Made by a program: the position numbers and the translations under genes
Notes under the pieces: model-generated
Database searches by the model: none
The model's input: only the letters and a program-made list of their open reading frames with translations
Told to the model about the DNA's origin: nothing
From: the human T2T-CHM13v2.0 reference genome, Homo sapiens
Strand: one strand, 5' to 3'
Assembly: GCF_009914755.1 (NCBI RefSeq)
Contig: NC_060933.1
DNA length: 64,000 nucleotides
Shown here: in pieces, positions 1 through 13,600 of the stretch
How the letters are laid out: each line of letters starts with the position of its first letter
Position numbering within the stretch: the stretch's first letter is position 1

Positions 1-3000
1 AATGGAATGGAATGGAACGGAATGGAATTGAATGGTATGGAATGGAATGCAATGGAATGGAATCAACCCGAGTGCAATGGAATGGAGAGGAATGGAGTGG
101 AAACTACCCGAATGGAATGGAATGTAATGGAGTGTAAGGGAATTGAATAGAATCAATCCGAATGTAATGGAATGGAATGGAACGGAATGGAATGGAATGG
201 AATGGAATGGAATGGAATGGAATGGAATACAATGGAATGGAATCAACCCGAGTGCAATCGAATGGAATCGAATGTAATGGAATGCAATGGAATGGATTCA
301 ACTTGAATGGAATGGAAAGAATGGAATCAATACGAGTGGAATGGCATGGATTGGAATGGAATGGAATGGAATCAACCCGAGTACAGGGGAATGGAATGGA
401 ATGGAATGCAATGGAATGGAATCATCCGTAATGTAATGGAAAGGAATGGAATGGAATGGAATGGAATGGAATGGAATGGAATGGAATGGAATCAACTCGA
501 TTGCAGTCGAATGGAATGGAATGGAATTAACCCAAATAGAATGGAATGGAATGGAATGGAATGGAACGGAAAGGAATGGAATGGAATGGAATGGAATAGA
601 ATGGAATGGAACGGAACGGAATGGAACGGAATGGAATGGAATGGAATGGAATGGAATGGAATGGAATGGAATCAACGCGAGTGCAGGGGAATGGAATGGA
701 ATGGAATGCAATGGAATGGAATCATCCGGAATGGAATGGAATGGAATGGAATGGCATGAAATGCAATGGATTCAACTCGATTGCAATGGAATGGAATGGA
801 ATGGAATGGAATGGAATGGAATGGAATGGAATTAACCCGAATAGAATGGAATGGAATGGAATGGAACGGAATGGAACGGAATGGAATGGAATGGAATGGA
901 ATGGAATGGTATGGAGTGGAATGGAATGGAATCAACACGAGTGCAGTGTAATGGAATCGAATGGAATGGAATGGAATGGAATGGATTCAACACGAATGGA
1001 ATGGAAAGGAATGGAATAAACCCGCGTGGAATGGCATGGAATGGAGTGGAATGGAATGGAATGGAATGGAATGGAATCAACCCGAGTGCAATGTAATGGA
1101 ATCGAATGGAATGGAATGGAATGGAATGGATTCAACCCGAATGGAATGGAAAGGAATGGAATAATCCCGAGTGGAATGGCATGAAGTGGAGTGGAATGGA
1201 ATGGAATGGAATGGAATGGAATGGTACGGAATAGAATGGAATGGAACGAAATGGAATGGAATGGAATGGAATGGAATGGAATGGAATGGAATGAACCCGT
1301 GTGCAATGGAATGGAATCGAATGGAATGGAATGGATTGGAATGGATTCAACTCGAATGGAATGGAAAGGAATGGAATGAACACGAGTGGAATGGCATGGA
1401 ATGGAATGGAATGGAATGGAATGGAATGGAATGGTACGGAATAGAATGGAATGGAACGAAATGGAATGGAATGGAATGGAATGGAATGGAATGGAATGGA
1501 ATGAACCCGTGTGCAATGGAATGGAATCGAATGGAATGGAATGGATTGGAATGGATTCAACTCGAATGGAATGGAAAGGAATGGAATGAACACGAGTGGA
1601 ATGGCATGGAATGGAATGGAATGAAATGGAATGGAATGGAATGGAATGGAATGGAATGGAATCAACCCGAGTGCAGGGGAATGGAATGGAATTGAAGGCA
1701 ATGGAATGGAATCATCCGGAATTGAATGGAATGGAATGGAATCAACTCGATTGCAATGGAATGGAATGGAATGGAATGGAATGGAATGGAATGGAATGGA
1801 ATGGAATGGAATGGAATTAACCCGAATAGAATGGAATGGAATGGAATGGAAGTAAATGGAATGGAAGGTAATGAACCCGAGTGCAGGGGAATGGAATGGA
1901 ATGGAATGCAATGAAATGGAGTCATCCGGAATGGAACGGAAAGGAATGGAATGGAACCAACCCGTGTGCAATGGAATTGAAAGGAATGGAATGGAATGGA
2001 ATGGAATGGAATGGAATGGAATGGAATGGAATGGATTCAACCCGAATGGAATGGAAAGGAAGGGAATCAACCCAAGTGGAATGGCATGGAATGGAATGGA
2101 TTGGAATGGAATGGAATGGTACCGAATGGAATGGAATGGAATGGTACCGAATAGAATGGAATGGAACGAAATGGAACGGAATGGAATGGAATGGAGTGAA
2201 CACGTGTGCAATGGATTGGAATGGAATGGAATGGAATGGAATGGAATGGAATGGGTTCGACTCGAATGGAACGGAATGTAATGAAATCAACCCGAGTGGA
2301 ATGGCATGGAATGGAATGGAATGGAATGGAATGGAATGGAAACAACACGAGTGCAATGTAATGGAATCGAATGGAATGGAATGCAATGGATTCAACCCGA
2401 ATGGAATGGAAACGAATGGAATAAAACCGAGTGGAATGGCATGGAATGGAGTCTAATGGAATGGAATGGAATGGAATGGTATGGAATAGAATGGAATGGA
2501 ACGAAATGGAATGGAATGGAATGGAATGAAATGAACCCGTGTGCAATGGAATGGAATGGAATGGAATGGAATGGAATGGATTCAACTCGAATGGAATGGA
2601 AAGGAATGGAATCAACCCGAGTGGAATGGCATGGAATGGAATGGAATGGAATGGAATTAACCCTAATAGAATGGAATGGAATGGAATGGAATGGAATGGA
2701 ATGGAATGGAAGGAAATGGAATGGAATGGAATGGAATGGAATGGAATGGAATGGTACGGAATAGAATGGAATGGAACGAAATGGAATGGAATGGAATGGA
2801 ATGGGATGGAATGGAATGGAATGGAATCAACCCGAGTGCAGGGGAATGGAATGGAATGGAAGGCAATGGAATGACATCATTCGGAATTGAATGGAATGGA
2901 ATGGAATGGAACGAAATGGAATGGAATGGAATGGAATGGGATGGAATGGAATGGAATGGAATCAACCCGAGTGCAGGGGAATGGAATGGAATGGAAGGCA

Positions 3001-6000
3001 ATGGAATGACATCATTCGGAATTGAATGGAATGGAATGGAATGGAATGGAATCAACTCGATTGGAATGGAATGGAATGGAATGGAATGGAATGGAATGGA
3101 ATGGAATGGAATGGAAGTGAATGGAATGGAATGGAATGAAACCGAGTGCAGGGGAATGGAATGGAATGGAATGCAATGGAATGGAGTCATCCGGAATGGA
3201 ACGGAATGGAATGGAATGGAATCAACCCGAGTGCAATGGAATGGAATGGAATGGAAAGGAATGGAATGGAATGGACTCAACCCGAATGGAATGGAAAGGA
3301 ATGGAATCAACCCGAGAGGAATGGCATGGAATGGAATGGAATGGAATGGAGTGGAATGGTACAGAATAGAATGTAATGGAACGAAATGGAATGGAATGGA
3401 ATGGAATGGAATGGAATCATTCCGAGTGGAATAGAAGGGAATGTTTTCGAGTGGAATGAAAAGGAATGGAATCAACCAGAGTGGAATGGAATGGAATCGA
3501 GTGGAATGGAATGCAATCGAATGGAATGGAAAGGAATAGAATGGAATCAACCCGAGTGGAATGGAATGGAAAGGACTGGAATGGAATGGAATGGAATGCA
3601 ATGGAATCAACTCGATTGCAATGAAATGGAATGGAATGGAATGGAATGGAATGGAATTAACCGGAATAGAATGGAATTGAATGGAATGGAAAGGAATGGA
3701 ATGGAATAGAATGGAATGGAATGGATTCAACTCGAATGGAATGGAAAGGAATGGAATCAACCCGAGTGGAATGGCATGGAACGGAATGGAATGGAATGGA
3801 ATGGAATGGAATTAACCCTAATAGAATGGAATGGAATGGAATGGAATGGAATGGAATGGAATGGAATGGAAGGAAATGGAATGGAATGGAATGGAATGGA
3901 ATGGAATGGAATGGAATGGAAGGAAATGGAATGGAATGGAATGGAATGGAATGGAATGGAATGGAAGGAAATGGAATGGAATGGAATGGAATGGAATGGA
4001 ATGGAATGGAAAGGAATGGAATGGAATGGAATGGTACGGAATAGAATGGAATGGAACGAAATGGAATGGAATGGAATGGAATGGAATGGAATGGAATGGA
4101 ATGGAATGGAATGGAATGGAATGGAATGAAACCGAGTGCAGGGGAATGGAATGGAATGGAATGCAATGGAATGGAGTCATCCGGAATGGAACGGAATGGA
4201 ATGGAATGGAATCAACCCGAGTGCAATGGAATGGAATGGAATGGAAAGGAATGGAATGGAATGGATTCAACCCGAATGGAATGGAAAGGAATGGAATCAA
4301 CCCGAGAGGAATGGCATGGAATGGAATGGAATGGAATGGAGTGGAATGGTACGGAATAGAATGTAATGGAACGAAACGGAATGGAATGGAATGGAATGGA
4401 ATGGAATGGAATGGAATCATTCCGAGTGGAATAGAAGGGAATGTTTTCGAGTGGAATGAAAAGGAATGGTATCAACCAGAGTGGAATGGAATGGAATCGA
4501 ATGGAATGGAAAGGAATAGAATGGAATCAACCCGAGTGGAATGGAATGGAAAGGACTGGAATGGAATGGAATGGAATGCAATGGAATCAACACGATTGCA
4601 ATGAAATGGAATGGAATGGAAGGGAATGGAATGGAATGGAATGGAATGGAATAGAATGGAAAGGAATCACTCCAAGTGCAGGGGAATTTAATGGAATGGA
4701 ATGCAGTGGAATGGAATCATCCGGAATGGAATGGAATGGAATGGAATGGAACGGAATGGAATGGAATCAACTCGAATTCAATGGAATGGAAAGGAATGGA
4801 ATGGAATGGAATGCAATGGAATCGTACGGAATAGAATGGAATGGAACGAAATGGAATGTAATGGAATGGAATGGAATGGAATGGAATGGAACGGAATGGA
4901 ATGGAATGAACCCGCGTGCAATGGAATGGAACGGAATGGAATGGAATGGAATGGAATGGAATGGGTTCAACTCGAATGGAATGGAAAGGAATGGAATCAA
5001 CACGAGTGGAATGGCATGGAATGGAATGGAATTGAATGAAATGGAATGGAATGGAATGGAATGAAATGTAATGGAATGGAAAGGAATGGAATCAACACGA
5101 GTGGAATGGCATGGAATGGAATGGAATTGAATGAAATGGAATGGAATGGAATGGAATGAAATGTAATGGAATGGAATGGAATGGAATCAACCCGAGTGCA
5201 ATGTAATGGAATGGAATGGAATGGAATGGAATGGATTCAACCCGAATGGAATTAAAAGGAATGGAATATACCCGAGTGGAATGGCATGGAATGGAGTGGA
5301 ATGGAATGGAATGGAATGGAATGGTACGGAATAGAATGGAATGTAACGAAATGGAATGTAAGGGAATGGAATGGAATGGAATGGAATGAACCCGTGTGCA
5401 ATGGAATGGAATGGAATGGAATGGAATGGAATGGAATGGATTCAACTCTAATGGAATGGAAGGGAATGGAATCAACGCGAGTGGAATGGCATGGAATGGA
5501 ATGGAATGGAATGGAATGGAAGTAAATGGAATGGAATGGAATGAACCCGAGTGCAGGGGAATGGAATGGAATGGAATGGAATGGAATGGAATGGAATTGA
5601 ATGGAATGGAATGGAATGCAGTGGAATGGAATCAAACCTAGTGCAATTGAATGGAATGGAATGGAATGGAATGGAATGGAATGGAATGGAATGGATTCAA
5701 CCCAAATGGAATGGAAAGCAATGGAATCAACCCGAGTGGAATGGCATGGAATGGAATGGAATGGAATGTAATGGAATGGAATGGAATGGAATGGAATGGT
5801 ACGGAATAAAATGGAATGGAACGAAATGGAATGGAATGGAACGGAATAGAATGGAATCATTCCGAGTGGAATAGAAGGGAATGAATTCGAGTGGAATGGA
5901 AAGGAATGGAATCAACCAGAGTGGAATGGAAGGGAATGGAATGGAATGGAAACTAATAAAATGGAATCAACACGAGTGGAATGGAATGGAAAGGACTTGA

Positions 6001-6393
6001 ATGGAATGGAATGGAATGGAATGGAATCAAGTCGATTGCAATGGAATGTAATGGAATGGAGTGGAATGGAATTAACGCGAATAGAATGGAATGGAATGGA
6101 ATGGAATGGAATGGAATGGAATGGAATGGAATGGAATCAACCTGAGTGCAGGGGAATGGAATGCAATGGAATGCAATGGAATGGAATGGAATGGAATGGA
6201 ATCAACGCGAGTGCAGGGGAATGGAATGTAATGGAATGCAATGGAATGGAATCTTCCGGAATGGAATGGAATGGAATGGAATCAACCCGAGTGCAATGGA
6301 ATGGAGTGGAATGGAATGGAATGGAATTGAACAACACGAATGCAATCGAATGTAATGGAGAGTAAGGGAGTTGAATAGAATCAATCCGAATGT
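1..6393 (+). repeat. HOR unit A (6393 bp; phase set by the window start)
   Basis: The start motif aatggaatggaatggaacggaatggaattgaatggtatgg recurs at 6394, 10607, 16825 and 23253. Identical ORF-track peptides occur at offsets 6393, 16824 and 23252. Confidence 0.9.
6248..6262. promoter_or_regulatory. Perfect heat-shock element nGAAnnTTCnnGAAn (representative of roughly 35-40 copies)
   Basis: gGAAtcTTCcgGAAt matches the canonical three-unit HSF1 site. This is a motif match only; binding is not shown. Confidence 0.6.
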
Positions 6394-9300
6394 AATGGAA
6401 TGGAATGGAACGGAATGGAATTGAATGGTATGGAATGGAATGCAATGGAATGGAATCAACCCGAGTGCAATGGAATGGAGAGGAATGGAGTGGAAACTAC
6501 CCGAATGGAATGGAATGTAATGGAGTGTAAGGGAATTGAATAGAATCAATCCGAATGTAATGGAATGGAATGGAACGGAATGGAATGGAATGGAATGGAA
6601 TGGAATGGAATGGAATGGAATACAATGGAATGGAATCAACCCGAGTGCAATCGAATGGAATCGAATGTAATGGAATGCAATGGAATGGATTCAACTTGAA
6701 TGGAATGGAAAGAATGGAATCAATACGAGTGGAATGGCATGGATTGGAATGGAATGGAATGGAATCAACCCGAGTACAGGGGAATGGAATGGAATGGAAT
6801 GCAATGGAATGGAATCATCCGTAATGTAATGGAAAGGAATGGAATGGAATGGAATGGAATGGAATGGAATGGAATGGAATCAACTCGATTGCAGTCGAAT
6901 GGAATGGAATGGAATTAACCCAAATAGAATGGAATGGAATGGAATGGAATGGAACGGAAAGGAATGGAATGGAATGGAATGGAATAGAATGGAATGGAAC
7001 GGAACGGAATGGAACGGAATGGAATGGAATGGAATGGAATGGAATGGAATGGAATGGAATCAACGCGAGTGCAGGGGAATGGAATGGAATGGAATGCAAT
7101 GGAATGGAATCTTCCGGAATGGAATGGAATGGAATGGAATGGCATGAAATGCAATGGATTCAACTCGATTGCAATGGAATGGAATGGAATGGAATGGAAT
7201 GGAATGGAATGGAATGGAATGGAATGGAATCAACGCGAGTGCAGGGGAATGGAATGGAATGGAATGCAGTGGAATGGAATCTTCCGGAATGGAATGGAAT
7301 GGAATGCAATGGATTCAACTCGATTGCAATGGAATGGAATAGAATGGAATGGAATGGAATGGAATGGAATTAACCCGAATAAAATGGAATGGAATGGAAT
7401 GGAACGGAACGGAACGGAACGGAACGGAATGGAATGGAATGGAATGGAATGGAATGGTATGGAATGGAATGGAATGGTACGGAATAGAATGGAATGGAAA
7501 GAATTGGAATGGAATGGAATCGAATGGAATGGAATGGAATGGAATGGAATCAACCCGAGTGCAGGGGAATGTAATGGAACGCAATGTAATGGAATGGAAT
7601 CATCCGGAATGGAATGGAATGGAATGGAATGGAATGGAATGGAATGGAACCAACTCGATTGTGATGGAATGGAATGGAATGGAATGGAATGGAATGGAAT
7701 GGAATTAACCCGAATACAACGGAATGGAATGGAATGGAACGGAATGGAGTGGAATGGAATGGAATCAACCCGAGTGCAGGGGAATGGAATGGAATGGAAT
7801 GCAATGGAACGGAATCATCCGGAATGGAATGGAATGGAATGGAATGCAAAGCAATGGAATCAACTCGATTGCAATGGAATGGAATGGAATGGAAAGGAAT
7901 ACATTGGAATCAACCCGAGTGGAATGGAATGGAAAGGACTGGAATGGAGTGGAATGGAATGGAATGGAATGGAATGGAATCAACTCGATTGGAATGGAAT
8001 GGAATGGAATGGAATGGAATGGAATGGAATGGAATTAACCCGAATAGAATGGAATGGAATGGAATGGAATGGAACGGAATGGAATGGAATGGAATGGAAT
8101 GGAATGGAATGGAAACAACCCGACTGCAGGGGAATGGATTCAACCCAAATGGAATGGAAAGCAATGGAATCAACCCGAGTGGAATGGCATGGAATGGAAT
8201 GGAATGGAATGGAATGGAATGGAATGGAATGGTACGGAATAGAATGGAATGGAACGAAATGGAATGGAATGGAATGGAATGGAATGGAATGGAAGTGAAT
8301 GGAATGGAATGTAATGAAACCGAGTGCAGGGGAATGGAATGGAATGGAATGCAATGGAATGGAGTCATCCGGAATGGAACGGAATGGAATGGAATGGAAT
8401 CAACCCGAGTGCAATGGAATGGAATGGAATGGAAAGGAATGGAATGGAATGGATTCAACCCGAATGGAATGGAAAGGAATGGAATCAACCCGAGAGGAAT
8501 GGCATGGAATGGAATGGAATGGAATGGAGTGGAATGGTACGGAATAGAATGTAATGGAACGAAACGGAATGGAATGGAATGGAATGGAATGGAATCATTC
8601 CGAGTGGAATAGAAGGGAATGTTTTCGAGTGGAATGAAAAGGAATGGTATCAACCAGAGTGGAATGGAATGGAATCGAATGGAATGGAAAGGAATAGAAT
8701 GGAATCAACCCGAGTGGAATGGAATGGAAAGGACTGGAATGGAATGGAATGGAATGCAATGGAATCAACTCGATTGCAATGAAATGGAATGGAATGGAAT
8801 GGAATGGAATGGAATGGAATGGAATGGAATGGAATGGAATGGAATAGAATGGAAAGGAATCACTCCAAGTGCAGGGGAATTTAATGGAATGGAATGCAGT
8901 GGAATGGAATCATCCGGAATGGAATGGAATGGAATGGAATGGAACGGAATGGAATGGAATCAACTCGAATTCAATGGAATGGAAAGGAATGGAATGGAAT
9001 GGAATGCAATGGAATCGTACGGAATAGAATGGAATGGAACGAAATGGAATGTAATGGAATGGACTGGAATGGAATGGAATGGAATGGAACGGAATGGAAT
9101 GGAATGAACCCGCGTGCAATGGAATGGAACGGAATGGAATGGAATGGAATGGAATGGAATGGAATGGGTTCAACTCGAATGGAATGGAAAGGAATGGAAT
9201 CAACACGAGTGGAATGGCATGGAATGGAATGGAATTGAATGAAATGGAATGGAATGGAATGGAATGAAATGTAATGGAATGGAAAGGAATGGAATCAACA

Positions 9301-10606
9301 CGAGTGGAATGGCATGGAATGGAATGGAATTGAATGAAATGGAATGGAATGGAATGGAATGAAATGTAATGGAATGGAATGGAATGGAATCAACCCGAGT
9401 GCAATGTAATGGAATCGAATGGAATGGAATGGAATGGATTCAACCCGAATGGAATTAAAAGGAATGGAATATACCCGAGTGGAATGGCATGGAATGGAGT
9501 GGAATGGAATGGAATGGAATGGAATGGAATGGAATGGTACGGAATAGAATGGAATATAACGAAATGGAATGTAAGGGAATGGAATGGAATGGAATGGAAT
9601 GAACCCGTGTGCAATGGAATGGAATGGAATGGAATGGAATGGAATGGAATGGAATGGATTCAACTCTAATGGAATGGAAGGGAATGGAATCAACGCGAGT
9701 GGAATGGCATGGAATGGAATGGAATGGAATGGAATGGAAGTAAATGGAATGGAATGGAATGAACCCGAGTGCAGGGGAATGGAATGGAATGGAATGGAAT
9801 GGAATGGAATGGAATTGAATGGAATGGAATGGAATGCAGTGGAATGGAATCAAACCTAGTGCAATTGAATGGAATGGAATGGAATGGAATGGAATGGAAT
9901 GGAATGGATTCAACCCAAATGGAATGGAAAGCAATGGAATCAACCCGAGTGGAATGGCATGGAATGGAATGGAATGGAATGTAATGGAATGGAATGGAAT
10001 GGAATGGAATGGTACGGAATAAAATGGAATGGAACGAAATGGAATGGAATGGAACGGAATAGAATGGAATCATTCCGAGTGGAATAGAAGGGAATGAATT
10101 CGAGTGGAATGGAAAGGAATGGAATCAACCAGAGTGGAATGGAAGGGAATGGAATGGAATGGAAACTAATAAAATGGAATCAACACGAGTGGAATGGAAT
10201 GGAAAGGACTTGAATGGAATGGAATGGAATGGAATGGAATCAAGTCGATTGCAATGGAATGTAATGGAATGGAGTGGAATGGAATTAACGCGAATAGAAT
10301 GGAATGGAATGGAATGGAATGGAATGGAATGGAATGGAATGGAATGGAATCAACCTGAGTGCAGGGGAATAGAATGCAATGGAATGCAATGGAATGGAAT
10401 GGAATGGAATGGAATCAACGCGAGTGCAGGGGAATGGAATGTAATGGAATGCAATGGAATGGAATCTTCCGGAATGGAATGGAATGGAATGGAATCAACC
10501 CGAGTGCAATGGAATGGAGTGGAATGGAATGGAATGGAATTGAACAACCCGAATGCAATCGAATGTAATGGAGAGTAAGGGAGTTGAATAGAATCAATCC
10601 GAATGT
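6394..10606 (+). repeat. HOR unit B (4213 bp, shortened and chimeric)
   Basis: Matches unit A at both ends but lacks the KpnI-doublet and gacatcattcgg region. It carries a different segment at ~7231-8130. Confidence 0.85.
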
Positions 10607-13600
10607 AATGGAATGGAATGGAACGGAATGGAATTGAATGGTATGGAATGGAATGCAATGGAATGGAATCAACCCGAGTGCAATGGAATGGAGAGGAATG
10701 GAATGGAAACTACCCGAATGGAATGGAATGTAATGGAGTGTAAGGGAATTGAATAGAATCAATCCGAATGTAATGGAATGGAATGGAACGGAATGGAATG
10801 GAATGGAATGGAATGGAATGGAATGGAATGGAATGGAATACAATGGAATGGAATCAACCCGAGTGCAATCGAATGGAATCGAAAGTAATGGAATGCAATG
10901 GAATGGATTCAACTTGAATGGAATGGAAAGAATGGAATCAATACGAGTGGAATGGCATGGATTGGAATGGAATGGAATGGAATCAACCCGAGTACAGGGG
11001 AATGGAATGGAATGGAATGCAATGGAATGGAATCATCCGTAATGTAATGGAAAGGAATGGAATGGAATGGAATGGAATGGAATGGAATGGAATGGAATCA
11101 ACTCGATTGCAGTCGAATGGAATGGAATGGAATTAACCCAAATAGAATGGAATGGAATGGAATGGAATGGAACGGAAAGGAATGGAATGGAATGGAATGG
11201 AATAGAATGGAATGGAACGGAACGGAATGGAACGGAATGGAATGGAATGGAATGGAATGGAATGGAATGGAATGGAATCAACGCGAGTGCAGGGGAATGG
11301 AATGGAATGGAATGCAATGGAATGGAATCTTCCGGAATGGAATGGAATGGAATGGAATGGCATGAAATGCAATGGATTCAACTCGATTGCAATGGAATGG
11401 AATAGAATGGAATGGAATGGAATGGAATGGAATTAACCCGAATAGAATGGAATGGAATGGAATGGAACGGAATGGAACGGAACGGAATGGAACGGAATGG
11501 AATGGAATGGAATGGAATGGAATGGAATGGAATGGTATGGAGTGGAATGGAATGGAATCAACACGAGTGCAGTGTAATGGAATCGAATGGAATGGAATGG
11601 AATGGAATGGATTCAACACGAATGGAATGGAAAGGAATGGAATAAACCCGCGTGGAATGGCATGGAATGGAGTGGAATGGAATGGAATGGAATGGAATGG
11701 AATCAACCCGAGTGCAATGTAATGGAATGGAATGGAATGGAATGGAATGGAATGGATTCAACCCGAATGGAATGGAAAGGAATGGAATAATCCCGAGTGG
11801 AATGGCATGAAGTGGAGTGGAATGGAATGGAATGGAATGGAATGGTACGGAATAGAATGGAATGGAACGAAATGGAATGGAATGGAATGGAATGGAATGA
11901 ACCCGTGTGCAATGGAATGGAATCGAATGGAATGGAATGGATTGGAATGGATTCAACTCGAATGGAATGGAAAGGAATGGAATCAACCCGAGTGGAATGG
12001 CATGGAATGGAATGGAATGGAATGGAATGGAATGGAATGGAATGGTACGGAATAGAATGGAAAGGAACGAAATGGAATGGAATGAAATGGAATGGAATGG
12101 AATGGAATGGAATGGAATGGAATGGAATGGAATCAACCCGAGTGCAGGGGAATGGAATGGAATTGAAGGCAATGGAATGGAATCATCCGGAATTGAATGG
12201 AATGGAATGGAATCAACTCGATTGCAATGGAATGGAATGGAATGGAATGGAATGGAATGGAATGGAATGGAATTAACCAGAATAGAATGGAATGGAATGG
12301 AATGGAAGTAAATGGAATGGAAGGTAATGAACCCGAGTGCAGGGGAATGGAATGGAATGGAATGCAATGAAATGGAGTCATCCGGAATGGAACGGAAAGG
12401 AATGGAATGGAACCAACCCGTGTGCAATGGAATTGAAAGGAATGGAATTGAATGGAATGGAATGGAATGGAATGGAATGGAATGGAATGGAATGGAATGG
12501 ATTCAACCCGAATGGAATGGAAAGGAAGGGAATCAACCCAAGTGGAATGGCATGGAATGGAATGGATTGGAATGGAATGGAATGGTACCGAATGGAATGG
12601 AATGGAATGGTACCGAATAGAATGGAATGGAACGAAATGGAACGGAATGGAATGGAATGGAATGGAATGGAGTGAACACGTGTGCAATGGATTGGAATGG
12701 AATGGAATGGAATGGAATGGAATGGAATGGGTTCGACTCGAATGGAACGGAATGTAATGAAATCAACCCGAGTGGAATGGCATGGAATGGAATGGAATGG
12801 AATGGAATGGAATGGAATGGAAACAACACGAGTGCAATGTAATGGAATCGAATGGAATGGAATGCAATGGATTCAACCCGAATGGAATGGAAACGAATGG
12901 AATAAAACCGAGTGGAATGGCATGGAATGGAGTCTAATGGAATGGAATGGAATGGAATGGTATGGAATAGAATGGAATGGAACGAAATGGAATGGAATGG
13001 AATGGAATGAAATGAACCCGTGTGCAATGGAATGGAATGGAATGGAATGGAATGGAATGGATTCAACTCGAATGGAATGGAAAGGAATGGAATCAACCCG
13101 AGTGGAATGGCATGGAATGGAATGGAATGGAATGGAATTAACCCTAATAGAATGGAATGGAATGGAATGGAATGGAATGGAATGGAATGGAATGGAAGGA
13201 AATGGAATGGAATGGAATGGAATGGAATGGAATGGAATGGAATGGTACGGAATAGAATGGAATGGAACGAAATGGAATGGAATGGAATGGAATGGGATGG
13301 AATGGAATGGAATGGAATCAACCCGAGTGCAGGGGAATGGAATGGAATGGAAGGCAATGGAATGACATCATTCGGAATTGAATGGAATGGAATGGAATGG
13401 AATGGAATCAACTCGATTGGAATGGAATGGAATGGAATGGAATGGAATGGAATGGAATGGAATGGAAGTGAATGGAATGGAATGTAATGAAACCGAGTGC
13501 AGGGGAATGGAATGGAATGGAATGCAATGGAATGGAGTCATCCGGAATGGAACGGAATGGAATGGAATGGAATCAACCCGAGTGCAATGGAATGGAATGG

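Noticed and set aside
2201-2206. CACGTG E-box, once per full HOR unit
   Set aside because: A 6-bp match arising by point change of the aacccgtgtgc module and copied passively with the HOR. There is no supporting context.
6350-6560. Less repetitive islands gtaatggagagtaagggagttgaatagaatcaatccg and gtgtaagggaattg as possible insertions or mobile-element remnants
   Set aside because: They stay in pentamer register as degenerate GGAAT units, recur dozens of times on both sides of the inversion, and lack target-site duplications, terminal repeats or poly(A).
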